64,000 bases of DNA from Acutalibacteraceae bacterium (lineage in GTDB: Bacteria > Bacillota > Clostridia > Oscillospirales > Acutalibacteraceae). How positions within the stretch are numbered: position 1 is the first letter of the stretch; every line of letters begins with the position of its first letter. The translations under genes were made by a program, and so were the position numbers. Shown here in pieces: positions 29,095 through 36,279 of the stretch. The stretch lies in assembly GCA_045537495.1 (NCBI GenBank), contig JAZSPN010000133.1, positions 985-64,984 of the forward strand, read 5' to 3'. The notes beneath the pieces are model-generated. The model saw only the letters and a list, made by a program, of their open reading frames with translations, was not told the origin of the DNA and searched no databases.

Positions 29095-30309
29095 TCAGGC
29101 TAAAATTAATGAAGTGAAATATGCCGTCATACATACAGATAAAAGCGTATTTGCTTTAATCCAATCCGTGGCTTTTCTGACAGATTTTAATACACAGATA
29201 TTGCCTCTTGCGATGTAGTAAATTATCAACGAAAGCTGAACCAGTAAATTGTTATAAAAATATTTGCTGGATTCCCAGGAAAAAACTATGGGGAGAATAA
29301 TTACGACGGGAGAAATCAGACACAGGAAGAAAATGAATTTCTGAAATTTGTTTTCACATTCCGACATACAGTTTTTCCAGAACAGCGTGAGGATGCCGAA
29401 TACCGGGATCATGAGGAAAATAAGATCCATTAAACAAACCTTCCAGTTTTCCCATTCGATAAAGTATATCTGAAAAGCTTTTTTGATAATTACATCCATT
29501 TCGTCGAAATAGTCGAAAAGCCATTCCGTTTCAAATTTTGCATAATTCAAATCGCTGAGGACTCCGGAGTATCTCGAGAAATAATAGTCCATCATCTCGT
29601 CGGGAGTATTGAAGCCGAGATGCTTTTCCGAGAGAAGAGCATATATCCCGACCGCTATCATGGAAATGTAGCAAATCGCACATATCGCACCGTGTTTTTT
29701 GGAGAATCCGCTTGAAAAGAACTCCTGCAACAGAATTATTGCTATTAAAATCATACTGCAAAACAGAAAAATCGGATTAACAAGCGTTGCGGCTATACAC
29801 AAAAAAGGAACGCCCCATATTGCGTACTTTTTATCGACGAGAAGAACGGAAAAAAGTGTCAGTGCCCAGAGCAATTTATCCAGCTTGACATCGGGATAGT
29901 AATTGCGGAATGAGCCGGGCAAAACACAGATTACGATGCTGATTATTGCTACAAGAAAAAGGTGACGCGGATTATTTTTGACTTTTGACAGAGCCTTTCC
30001 TATGCAGAGAGCTGCCGAGATCATGAGCAGAAAAGAAAAGAGAATAACAACCTTTTGCGTAAGATCATCGGAAACGACGGGATAAAACCAGCTTATTACC
30101 TCGCCGACCAGACCTCGTGCGACAAAACCGTGATCGTATGTATACAGATAATGAATCAGATAATATCCCGGCACACTTTGTATATCGTTGTTTAATGTCA
30201 ACGTCAGCAGGTATCCGCCGAGAGCTGTAAAAGGAACGAGATAACAGACGAAAGACGTTGCCCTGTCGTTCCGGGTAAAACGGTAAAAAGATGATTTTAT
30301 TCTCTGCAT
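29095..30309 (-). CDS. polytopic integral membrane protein, family not recognised
   Basis: 404 aa with about 10-12 hydrophobic helices, one soluble loop (~residues 230-285) and an early YDHGFVARGLVGE motif. It is the first gene of the operon. Confidence 0.7.
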   Translation of the reverse strand: MQRIKSSFYRFTRNDRATSFVCYLVPFTALGGYLLTLTLNNDIQSVPGYYLIHYLYTYDHGFVARGLVGEVISWFYPVVSDDLTQKVVILFSFLLMISAALCIGKALSKVKNNPRHLFLVAIISIVICVLPGSFRNYYPDVKLDKLLWALTLFSVLLVDKKYAIWGVPFLCIAATLVNPIFLFCSMILIAIILLQEFFSSGFSKKHGAICAICYISMIAVGIYALLSEKHLGFNTPDEMMDYYFSRYSGVLSDLNYAKFETEWLFDYFDEMDVIIKKAFQIYFIEWENWKVCLMDLIFLMIPVFGILTLFWKNCMSECENKFQKFIFFLCLISPVVIILPIVFSWESSKYFYNNLLVQLSLIIYYIARGNICVLKSVRKATDWIKANTLLSVCMTAYFTSLILA

Positions 30310-30389
30310 AATAAATATCTCACCTGCTCAACTTTATCGAAAACCGAATAAAACTGTTCATAATACTCCGATTATAATTATACTTTTTA

Positions 30390-30418
30390 AGTATATCACA
30401 TTTATTTGCAAAAGTCTA
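30390..30418 (-). promoter_or_regulatory. candidate promoter of the membrane/radical SAM operon (TAGACT-17 nt-TATACT with TG extension)
   Basis: The minus strand reads TAGACT (30418-30413), a 17-nt spacer ending TGA, then TATACT (30395-30390). This is the best -35/-10 pair I found in the AT-rich 30310-30470 gap. Confidence 0.35.
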
Positions 30419-30478
30419 CATTTTATATTAACGGTTTACAGACTTAAAGCTAAAACAAGAAGCAGAACTTTGAAGCCG

Positions 30479-30522
30479 AAAAAGCCCTCCCCGTATACGG
30501 CAATGCCGATTTACAAGGAGGG
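30479..30522 (-). terminator. putative terminator after the acidic lipoprotein gene
   Basis: On the minus strand CCCTCC...GGAGGG encloses an inner CGGC-AUU-GCCG hairpin and is followed by CTTTTT. Confidence 0.45.
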
Positions 30523-30534
30523 GTGGTTTTGCAA

Positions 30535-30831
30535 TTATTCCATTGCTTCCTGAGTGTCCGAAACGATTCCGTTCTGCGGATCGAGGAAGCTGCTGTCGCT
30601 CATACCTTCGGAGATAACCTCGGAAAGAGATTCCATAAAGGTGCCGCTTTCTTCCGTTGTGTCAAAGATATCATCACGAGTTTCACCGTTATCGTAAGTT
30701 TCGGAAGGCAAGCCGTTCAGGTCGGTTGTCGGAACGGTGGTACCGCGTCCGTCATCGGTTGTGCCGCACGAAGCAAGAACAAAACACAATAAAACTGCGG
30801 TGATCATCATAAATACAAAACTTTTCTTCAT
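30535..30831 (-). CDS. small acidic lipoprotein, Thr/Asp/Glu/Ser-rich
   Basis: MKKSFVFMMITAVLLCFVLASC has a lipobox (LASC). The mature ~76 aa are low-complexity and very acidic. AAGGAGTG SD lies 5 nt upstream of the ATG at 30831. Confidence 0.6.
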   Translation of the reverse strand: MKKSFVFMMITAVLLCFVLASCGTTDDGRGTTVPTTDLNGLPSETYDNGETRDDIFDTTEESGTFMESLSEVISEGMSDSSFLDPQNGIVSDTQEAME

Positions 30832-30977
30832 TTTATCACTCCTTACAATCATTACGATTTCTGCAATAGTATTTACGGGATTAAAGCTTGTTATTCAAAA
30901 AATTTTTTAAATTTTTATTGATGTGTCGGGATTTTTGTGATAACATAAAACTATCTACACGGAAAGGATTTGATGTT

Positions 30978-31808
30978 ATGAATTTCCCGATCGCATTACA
31001 GCTTTATTCCGTCAGAGATGACATGGCGGCCGACTTTGAGGGTACTCTTCGCAAGGTCAAAGAGCTTGGCTATGACGGCGTAGAGTTTGCAGGTCTTTTT
31101 GACAAGGACGTTTCCTTTGTCAAAGAGCTTCTTGAGGAGCTTTCGCTTGTTGCGATTTCGGCACACGTTCCGTATTACGATGCGGTTGACGATCCCGAAA
31201 CGGCATTCCTTCCCTACAAGGAACTCGGATGCAAATTTGTTGTTGTCCCCTATCTTACTCCCGAGCGCCGTCCCGGCACAGAGGGTTATGACGAAACGGT
31301 TGCCGGTATCCGCAAGATGGGCGAAGCGGCAAATAAACTCGGCATGCAGCTTCTTTATCACAACCACGATTTTGAGTTTATCAAAGTTGACGGAAAATAT
31401 GCGCTTGATATTCTTTACGATACAATTCCGGCGGAATATCTTCAGACCGAAATCGATACCTGCTGGGTAAATGTCGGCGGCGAAGATCCCGCAGATTACA
31501 TCGTAAAGTATACGGGAAAAGCTCCCGTAGTTCATCTCAAGGACTTCTGGAAGAGCGGTTCGGGTACGGGCAAGCTTTACAAGCTTATCGGTATCGACGA
31601 CGAGGAAGAAGAGTCCGAAGAAAAAACATTTGAATTCCGTCCCGTCGGTTACGGTGTACAGGATTTCAAAAAGATTCTTGCCGCTTGCGAAAAGGCGGGT
31701 GCTTCATGGGTTGTCGTAGAGCAGGATGAGCCGAGCATGGATAAATTCCCGCTTGAATGTGCACAGATGAGCATCGAATATGTTAAAACCTTGGTATCTG
31801 CCGACTGA
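30978..31808 (+). CDS. sugar phosphate isomerase/epimerase (xylose-isomerase-like TIM barrel)
   Basis: MNFPIALQLYSVRD...GYDGVEFAG...YHNHDFEF...DTCW is the typical family pattern. The ATG at 30978 has GGAAAGGA upstream. Confidence 0.85.
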   Translation: MNFPIALQLYSVRDDMAADFEGTLRKVKELGYDGVEFAGLFDKDVSFVKELLEELSLVAISAHVPYYDAVDDPETAFLPYKELGCKFVVVPYLTPERRPGTEGYDETVAGIRKMGEAANKLGMQLLYHNHDFEFIKVDGKYALDILYDTIPAEYLQTEIDTCWVNVGGEDPADYIVKYTGKAPVVHLKDFWKSGSGTGKLYKLIGIDDEEEESEEKTFEFRPVGYGVQDFKKILAACEKAGASWVVVEQDEPSMDKFPLECAQMSIEYVKTLVSAD

Positions 31809-31849
31809 CAGAGCCTTGACAAATAAAGCACGAAAGGATATTTATTACT

Positions 31850-32989
31850 ATGAGTGACGCAGTATTAAACCAATTCACACAGGCTGTTGAAGAGGAAAAG
31901 AAGGTTTCCGAAAAGAAGCTGAAGGTTGCAATTATCGGTACGGGCTGGATTGCAGAGTCCCACATCGAGAGCTATCTTGACATGGACGATGTAGAGATCG
32001 TTGCTTTTGCAGATCTTATCCCCGGCAAGGCGGAGAAGTTCGCAGCACGTTACGGTGTTGAGGGTGCACGTTTCTACCCCAGCCACAAGGAGCTTCTTGA
32101 CAGCGAAGAGCTTGATGCAGTCAGTGTCTGTACATACAATGCAACTCATGCAGAGTGTACGATCTATGCACTTGAAAAGGGTGTAAACGTTCTCCTTGAA
32201 AAACCCATGTGCGTTACAACGGAAGAAGCCGTTGAAATCATGCGTGCAGAGAAGAAGAGCGGAAAGATTCTCTCCATCGGATTCCAGCCCCGACTTGATG
32301 AAAACATGAAGATGGTAAAGCAGATTGTTCAGTCGGGCGTACTCGGTGAAATTTACTACATCCAGACGGGCGGCGGACGCAGACGCGGTATTCCCAACAG
32401 CACATTCATCGAAAAGAAAACGGCGGGTATCGGCGCCATGGGCGATATCGGATGCTATTCTCTCGACATGGTACTCAATGCTATCGGTTATCCGAAGCCC
32501 CTTACGGTAACGGGTTATACATCCAACTTCTTCGGAACAAATCCCGAATACAACAACCCGACGGATGCGGCACGTTTTGACGTTGAGGATTTCGCGGCGG
32601 CATTTGTACGTCTTGAAGGCGGAATTATCCTCGATTTCCGTATTGCATGGGCAATGCACATCGACTCTCCCGGTGATACGATCATCCTCGGCAAGAAGGG
32701 CGCTCTCCGTATTCCCGCAACAGATTGCTGGAACGGCAGTATCGGCGGCCCGATGACCATTTACTCCGACATGGCGGGCAACAGAGTCGAAACAAAGATT
32801 CCCGTTTGCCAGAACAAGGGCAAGGGACTCTTCTATAAGAAGGTCCGTTCCTTCCTCGATGCTATCCTCGAGGGCGGCAATGCTCCCGTCCCGTCAGAGC
32901 AGATTATCTACAACCAGGCAATTATCGACCACATCGTAAAGTCTGCCGAACTCGGCAAGGAAATCGAAGTAGTTATTCCCGAAATCTGA
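31850..32989 (+). CDS. Gfo/Idh/MocA-family oxidoreductase
   Basis: KVAIIGTGWIAESH Rossmann motif and EKPM motif, 379 aa. Confidence 0.85.
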   Translation: MSDAVLNQFTQAVEEEKKVSEKKLKVAIIGTGWIAESHIESYLDMDDVEIVAFADLIPGKAEKFAARYGVEGARFYPSHKELLDSEELDAVSVCTYNATHAECTIYALEKGVNVLLEKPMCVTTEEAVEIMRAEKKSGKILSIGFQPRLDENMKMVKQIVQSGVLGEIYYIQTGGGRRRGIPNSTFIEKKTAGIGAMGDIGCYSLDMVLNAIGYPKPLTVTGYTSNFFGTNPEYNNPTDAARFDVEDFAAAFVRLEGGIILDFRIAWAMHIDSPGDTIILGKKGALRIPATDCWNGSIGGPMTIYSDMAGNRVETKIPVCQNKGKGLFYKKVRSFLDAILEGGNAPVPSEQIIYNQAIIDHIVKSAELGKEIEVVIPEI

Positions 32990-33007
32990 GCTTAAAACAA
33001 AATACGA

Positions 33008-33042
33008 ATGCCCTGCAAGTCGTCCTTGCAGGGCATATTTTT
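33008..33042. terminator. rho-independent terminator between convergent genes
   Basis: ATGCCCTGCAAG-tcgtc-CTTGCAGGGCAT forms a 12-bp stem followed by ATTTTT, with an A-rich upstream flank. Confidence 0.75.
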
Positions 33043-33052
33043 GTGCTATATG

Positions 33053-33700
33053 TTAACGGCTTTCTTTGAGTATGTTTTTTGCAAGAGGCTTTACCGACAG
33101 GAGAACGGTGCAGGCTATAACGGAAAGAGCCGTTTCGGGAATCATATAGGAAGCGTTATATATCAACGAATAGATTGCGCTGAGGGCGATTCCCGAGTAT
33201 TTTGTGATTACGGCTTCACCCCACGAGTAAAAGCCTTCCTGAGTGAAAAACTGCTCGGCATAGCTTCCGTAAAGAACGATTCCCGATATTGTATGAGTGA
33301 TAAATCTCAAAAAACATGAAAAAACCGCTCCGACGGACAGTGCGACAGTCGGCTTTTTGAAAAAGTTTCTGAAAACACCCGCCGTACCGATAACCGAAAA
33401 GCCGATAAAATAGTCAAGCAGTATCATCAAAACGGCGGATACGAGATTGAGTCCCGCAAGAGCGCCCGAAGAGGATATTCCGAGTATACACTGAAATATT
33501 CCGTCAACGAATCCGCATAAGAGTCCGTATTTTGTTCCGTACAGAAAAGATGCGACCATTATCGGGACCATGCCGAAAAGAGTGACTTCGCCTCCGAAGG
33601 GGAGTGCAAAAATTTTTATTACCGACAGTAAAACGGAAAGCGCAACAAGTATACTGCATACCGCAAGACGTTGAGTTTTAAAATTTGATTTTTCAGACAC
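33053..33700 (-). CDS. thiT: ECF-transporter S component for thiamine (ThiT/YuaJ-like)
   Basis: Six-helix protein whose blocks align with ThiT (LLDYFIGFSVIGTAGVFR; FLRFITHTISGIVLYGSYA). It sits directly behind a TPP riboswitch. The GTG at 33700 has a GAGGAG SD; the ATG of the track ORF lies inside the riboswitch terminator. Confidence 0.75.
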   Translation of the reverse strand: MSEKSNFKTQRLAVCSILVALSVLLSVIKIFALPFGGEVTLFGMVPIMVASFLYGTKYGLLCGFVDGIFQCILGISSSGALAGLNLVSAVLMILLDYFIGFSVIGTAGVFRNFFKKPTVALSVGAVFSCFLRFITHTISGIVLYGSYAEQFFTQEGFYSWGEAVITKYSGIALSAIYSLIYNASYMIPETALSVIACTVLLSVKPLAKNILKESR

Positions 33701-33713
33701 AAGAAACACTCCT

Positions 33714-33747
33714 CGAAAATTAAAAGGACGTTGGAAATCCAACGTCC
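33714..33747 (-). terminator. riboswitch expression-platform terminator
   Basis: The minus strand reads GGACGTTGGA-tt-TCCAACGTCC followed by TTTTAATTTT, between the TPP aptamer and the thiT SD. Confidence 0.65.
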
Positions 33748-33761
33748 TGAGTTTTTCAATA

Positions 33762-33832
33762 ACTTCCTACGTCGGCATTACCCGAATCAGGTTAAAGGGT
33801 ATGATCTCAGCCTTGCGGCACCCCTGTACTGT
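33762..33832 (-). promoter_or_regulatory. TPP (THI-box) riboswitch aptamer
   Basis: The minus strand reads ACAGGGGTGCCGCAAGGCTGAGATCATACCCTTTAACCTGATTCGGGTAATGCCGACGTAGGAAG. It contains the conserved GGGGUGC, CUGAGA, ACCC, ACCUGAU, UAAUGCC and CGUAGG elements in order. Confidence 0.88.
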
Positions 33833-33836
33833 TATT

Positions 33837-35261
33837 TTATTTTTGCTGAGCTTTTCCCTCGGGAGTATCACGGTAGTAATACGTTTTCGTCTTGGGATGC
33901 TCTTTGGAATTCCAGAGTTTTTCCGCTTCGGGAGCCCACTGTGCGGCGAATTTATCGCATCGCGAACAAAGTGTTTCGACACTCTCGGGTGCGAGGAAAT
34001 CCGTTGACTTTGCATTTGTTTCGCCGATGATTTTTCTCAGACAGTCGGGATTTTCAAGCATGGGACACGGACGGAGATGGTTGTCGTTAAACGGCTGTCC
34101 GTGGAAAAATGCCTGAAACAGCGGTCTTTGAAGCGCCTCGAAAAGCGTATGAGTGCGGATATTCGAATCGGAATAATGAATGAATACGCACGGCTCAATG
34201 TCGCCCGCCGAATTGATGTGGAAATAGTTTCTGCCTGCGGCAATGCATCCGCCGACGTACTCTCCGTCATTCTGGAAGTCCATGACAAACATGGGTTTTC
34301 CCGTTTTCTGATCACGTATACGGCGAAGCCACGAATACATATGCTTTCTTTGGTCGGGAGTGGGAATGAGCTCGGGAAGAGCATCTTTTCCTATCGGCAT
34401 ATAGTTGAAGTAAAGTCCGAATTTTGAGCCCTTTTCAATCATCAGATCAATGAAAGCGTCGTCGGTTACCTGGTCTATATTTGCAGAAGTATAGCAGACG
34501 GAAATGCCGAAAAGGCATCTGTTCTTTTTGAGAAGATCCATGGCGGCAAGCGTCGTTGCGTAGCTTCCCTCTCCTCTGCGGAAATCGTTGCTTTCGGCAG
34601 AGCCTTCAATGCTCAGAGCAACGGTGAGATTTCCGAGTTCGTTCATCTTTTTGCAGAAGGCATCGTCGATCAGAGTCGCATTCGTATAGCAAAGGAACAT
34701 ACAGTCGGGATGCTCACGGCAAACTTCATAAATATCGTTTTTGCGGATGAGGGGCTCACCGCCCGTAAGCATATAGAGATGAGAGCCGAGTTCCGTGCCC
34801 TGGTTTACGATGTCCTTCATCTCGTCGAGGGTGAGAGAATATTTGCTTCCGTATTCGGCAGACCAGCAGCCCTTGCAGTTTCTGTTGCAGGCACTCGTCG
34901 GATCGAAAAGAATGATGTACGGGAAGTTGCATTTGTATTTCTCACGGTTTTCACGAACGGTTTTTGTGCCGATGTAATTTCCGTAACCCATCGCCATGAA
35001 GCCTTTTTTTACGGTATCGCGGTCAATATCGTTGAGAATAGAAAGAGCATATCCCGTCCAGATATTTTCGGGATCACCTATGGCATTACGGAACTTATCA
35101 AAGTTCTTCTGAGGGAAAATGCCTTTGGTAAGAGCTTCCGCCTTGTCGATAAGCTTCAAAAGGTTTTCCTGGGGATTTTTGTCGATATATTTCAATATGC
35201 CGTCAAGAGCGGCACTTGTGGCAGAAAACTTGATTTTGTCAAGAGCCTTCATCGAAGACAC
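33837..35261 (-). CDS. radical SAM protein with C-terminal SPASM/twitch-like Cys region, function unknown
   Basis: CNRNCKGC (CxxxCxxC) at ~residue 125; C-terminal GGCIAAGRNYFHINSAGDIEPCVF...RPCP...; an N-terminal ~110-aa helical extension precedes them. Confidence 0.8.
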   Translation of the reverse strand: MSSMKALDKIKFSATSAALDGILKYIDKNPQENLLKLIDKAEALTKGIFPQKNFDKFRNAIGDPENIWTGYALSILNDIDRDTVKKGFMAMGYGNYIGTKTVRENREKYKCNFPYIILFDPTSACNRNCKGCWSAEYGSKYSLTLDEMKDIVNQGTELGSHLYMLTGGEPLIRKNDIYEVCREHPDCMFLCYTNATLIDDAFCKKMNELGNLTVALSIEGSAESNDFRRGEGSYATTLAAMDLLKKNRCLFGISVCYTSANIDQVTDDAFIDLMIEKGSKFGLYFNYMPIGKDALPELIPTPDQRKHMYSWLRRIRDQKTGKPMFVMDFQNDGEYVGGCIAAGRNYFHINSAGDIEPCVFIHYSDSNIRTHTLFEALQRPLFQAFFHGQPFNDNHLRPCPMLENPDCLRKIIGETNAKSTDFLAPESVETLCSRCDKFAAQWAPEAEKLWNSKEHPKTKTYYYRDTPEGKAQQK

Positions 35262-35409
35262 ATCCTTTCTTACAGGTTAATAATTATATCATGCACGGAA
35301 AATAAAGTCAATAAAATTCACCCTTTAAGTGTTATTGTTTTAAATAAGAAAAAAGAAATGACGGTTTTTGTGTATACTCTTAGAAGAACAACAGAAAACG
35401 GTGGAAAAA

Positions 35410-36072
35410 ATGGAAAATAAGAAAATTAAAAATATACTTTTAAACCTTCTGAAAATAGGTATAGCGGTGTCGCTGTTTGCGGTAATTATATTTAATTACG
35501 AAAAGCTGTCAAATCTCGATGTGCGTACACTCATAAGCGGTGCATCGTCGCTTACGGCGGCGGCACTTACGGTTATCGGCGTATATGCCGTAAAGTCTGC
35601 TGTTTTCGTGATACCCGCCTCTCTTATCTATCTTTCGGTCGGAATGGCTTTTGATACTCCCCTTGCATTACTCATAAACACCATCGGTATTGCCGTTGAG
35701 GTTACGCTGTCTTATTTTCTCGGCAGATTCCTCGGCGGTGAAAAGGTCGATGCGATGCTTCGGGGCAAAAAAGGATATGATCTGCTTAATAAGCTGAAGG
35801 AAAAAGGCAGGTTCGCTTTTGTATTTCTGCTCAGATTCCTGTCATTCCCGATAGATTTCGGAAGCCTCTTTTTCGGCGCCTCGGGATTTTCGTTTCCGTC
35901 ATACTTTTTTATGTCGCTTCTCGGAATATTGCCGAGAGTGCTTCTCATGACTGTTCTCGGCTACGGGATTTATGAGCTGATTCCCATGAAATATGTGGTA
36001 ATTGCGGTGCTTATTATAATTCCGGCGACAGTAATGGGAGTTATTATCACAAAGTGTGTAAAAAGAAAATAA
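35410..36072 (+). CDS. TVP38/TMEM64 (SNARE-associated, DedA-related) membrane protein
   Basis: Five or six TM helices with the GRFLGG...FVFLLRFLSFPIDFGSLFFGASG pattern. Confidence 0.7.
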   Translation: MENKKIKNILLNLLKIGIAVSLFAVIIFNYEKLSNLDVRTLISGASSLTAAALTVIGVYAVKSAVFVIPASLIYLSVGMAFDTPLALLINTIGIAVEVTLSYFLGRFLGGEKVDAMLRGKKGYDLLNKLKEKGRFAFVFLLRFLSFPIDFGSLFFGASGFSFPSYFFMSLLGILPRVLLMTVLGYGIYELIPMKYVVIAVLIIIPATVMGVIITKCVKRK

Positions 36073-36200
36073 ACAACAAAAAGATTGTCTGTTAAGGGCA
36101 GTCTTTTTGTTTATTTACAGTAATATTTTTCCACAGTAACCAAAAAAATATGCAAACATTATAATATTTGAAAAAATATTGTTAAATTTTTATTTTTCTC

Positions 36201-36229
36201 TTGATACTGAGGTGTTTTTCTGTCATAAT
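36201..36229 (+). promoter_or_regulatory. candidate promoter TTGATA-17 nt-CATAAT upstream of gltX
   Basis: -35 at 36201-36206 and -10 at 36224-36229. Confidence 0.45.
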
Positions 36230-36279
36230 AAAATATAGTATCCTGATAATAGGATTAGTATCTTTAAACATACGGAGTT

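Noticed and set aside
31865-32659. 264-aa ORF on the minus strand
   Set aside because: It is antisense to the well-supported Gfo/Idh/MocA oxidoreductase gene (31850-32989). It has no SD and no motifs.
34710-35420. 236-aa ORF on the plus strand
   Set aside because: It is antisense to the radical SAM/SPASM gene. The true plus-strand gene starts at 35410 (TVP38 family).
36073-36279. Possible T-box leader upstream of gltX/glnS
   Set aside because: The gap is only ~200 nt and is occupied by a terminator-like hairpin and a promoter. I found no T-box sequence (AGGGUGGNACCGCG-like) or specifier-loop architecture.
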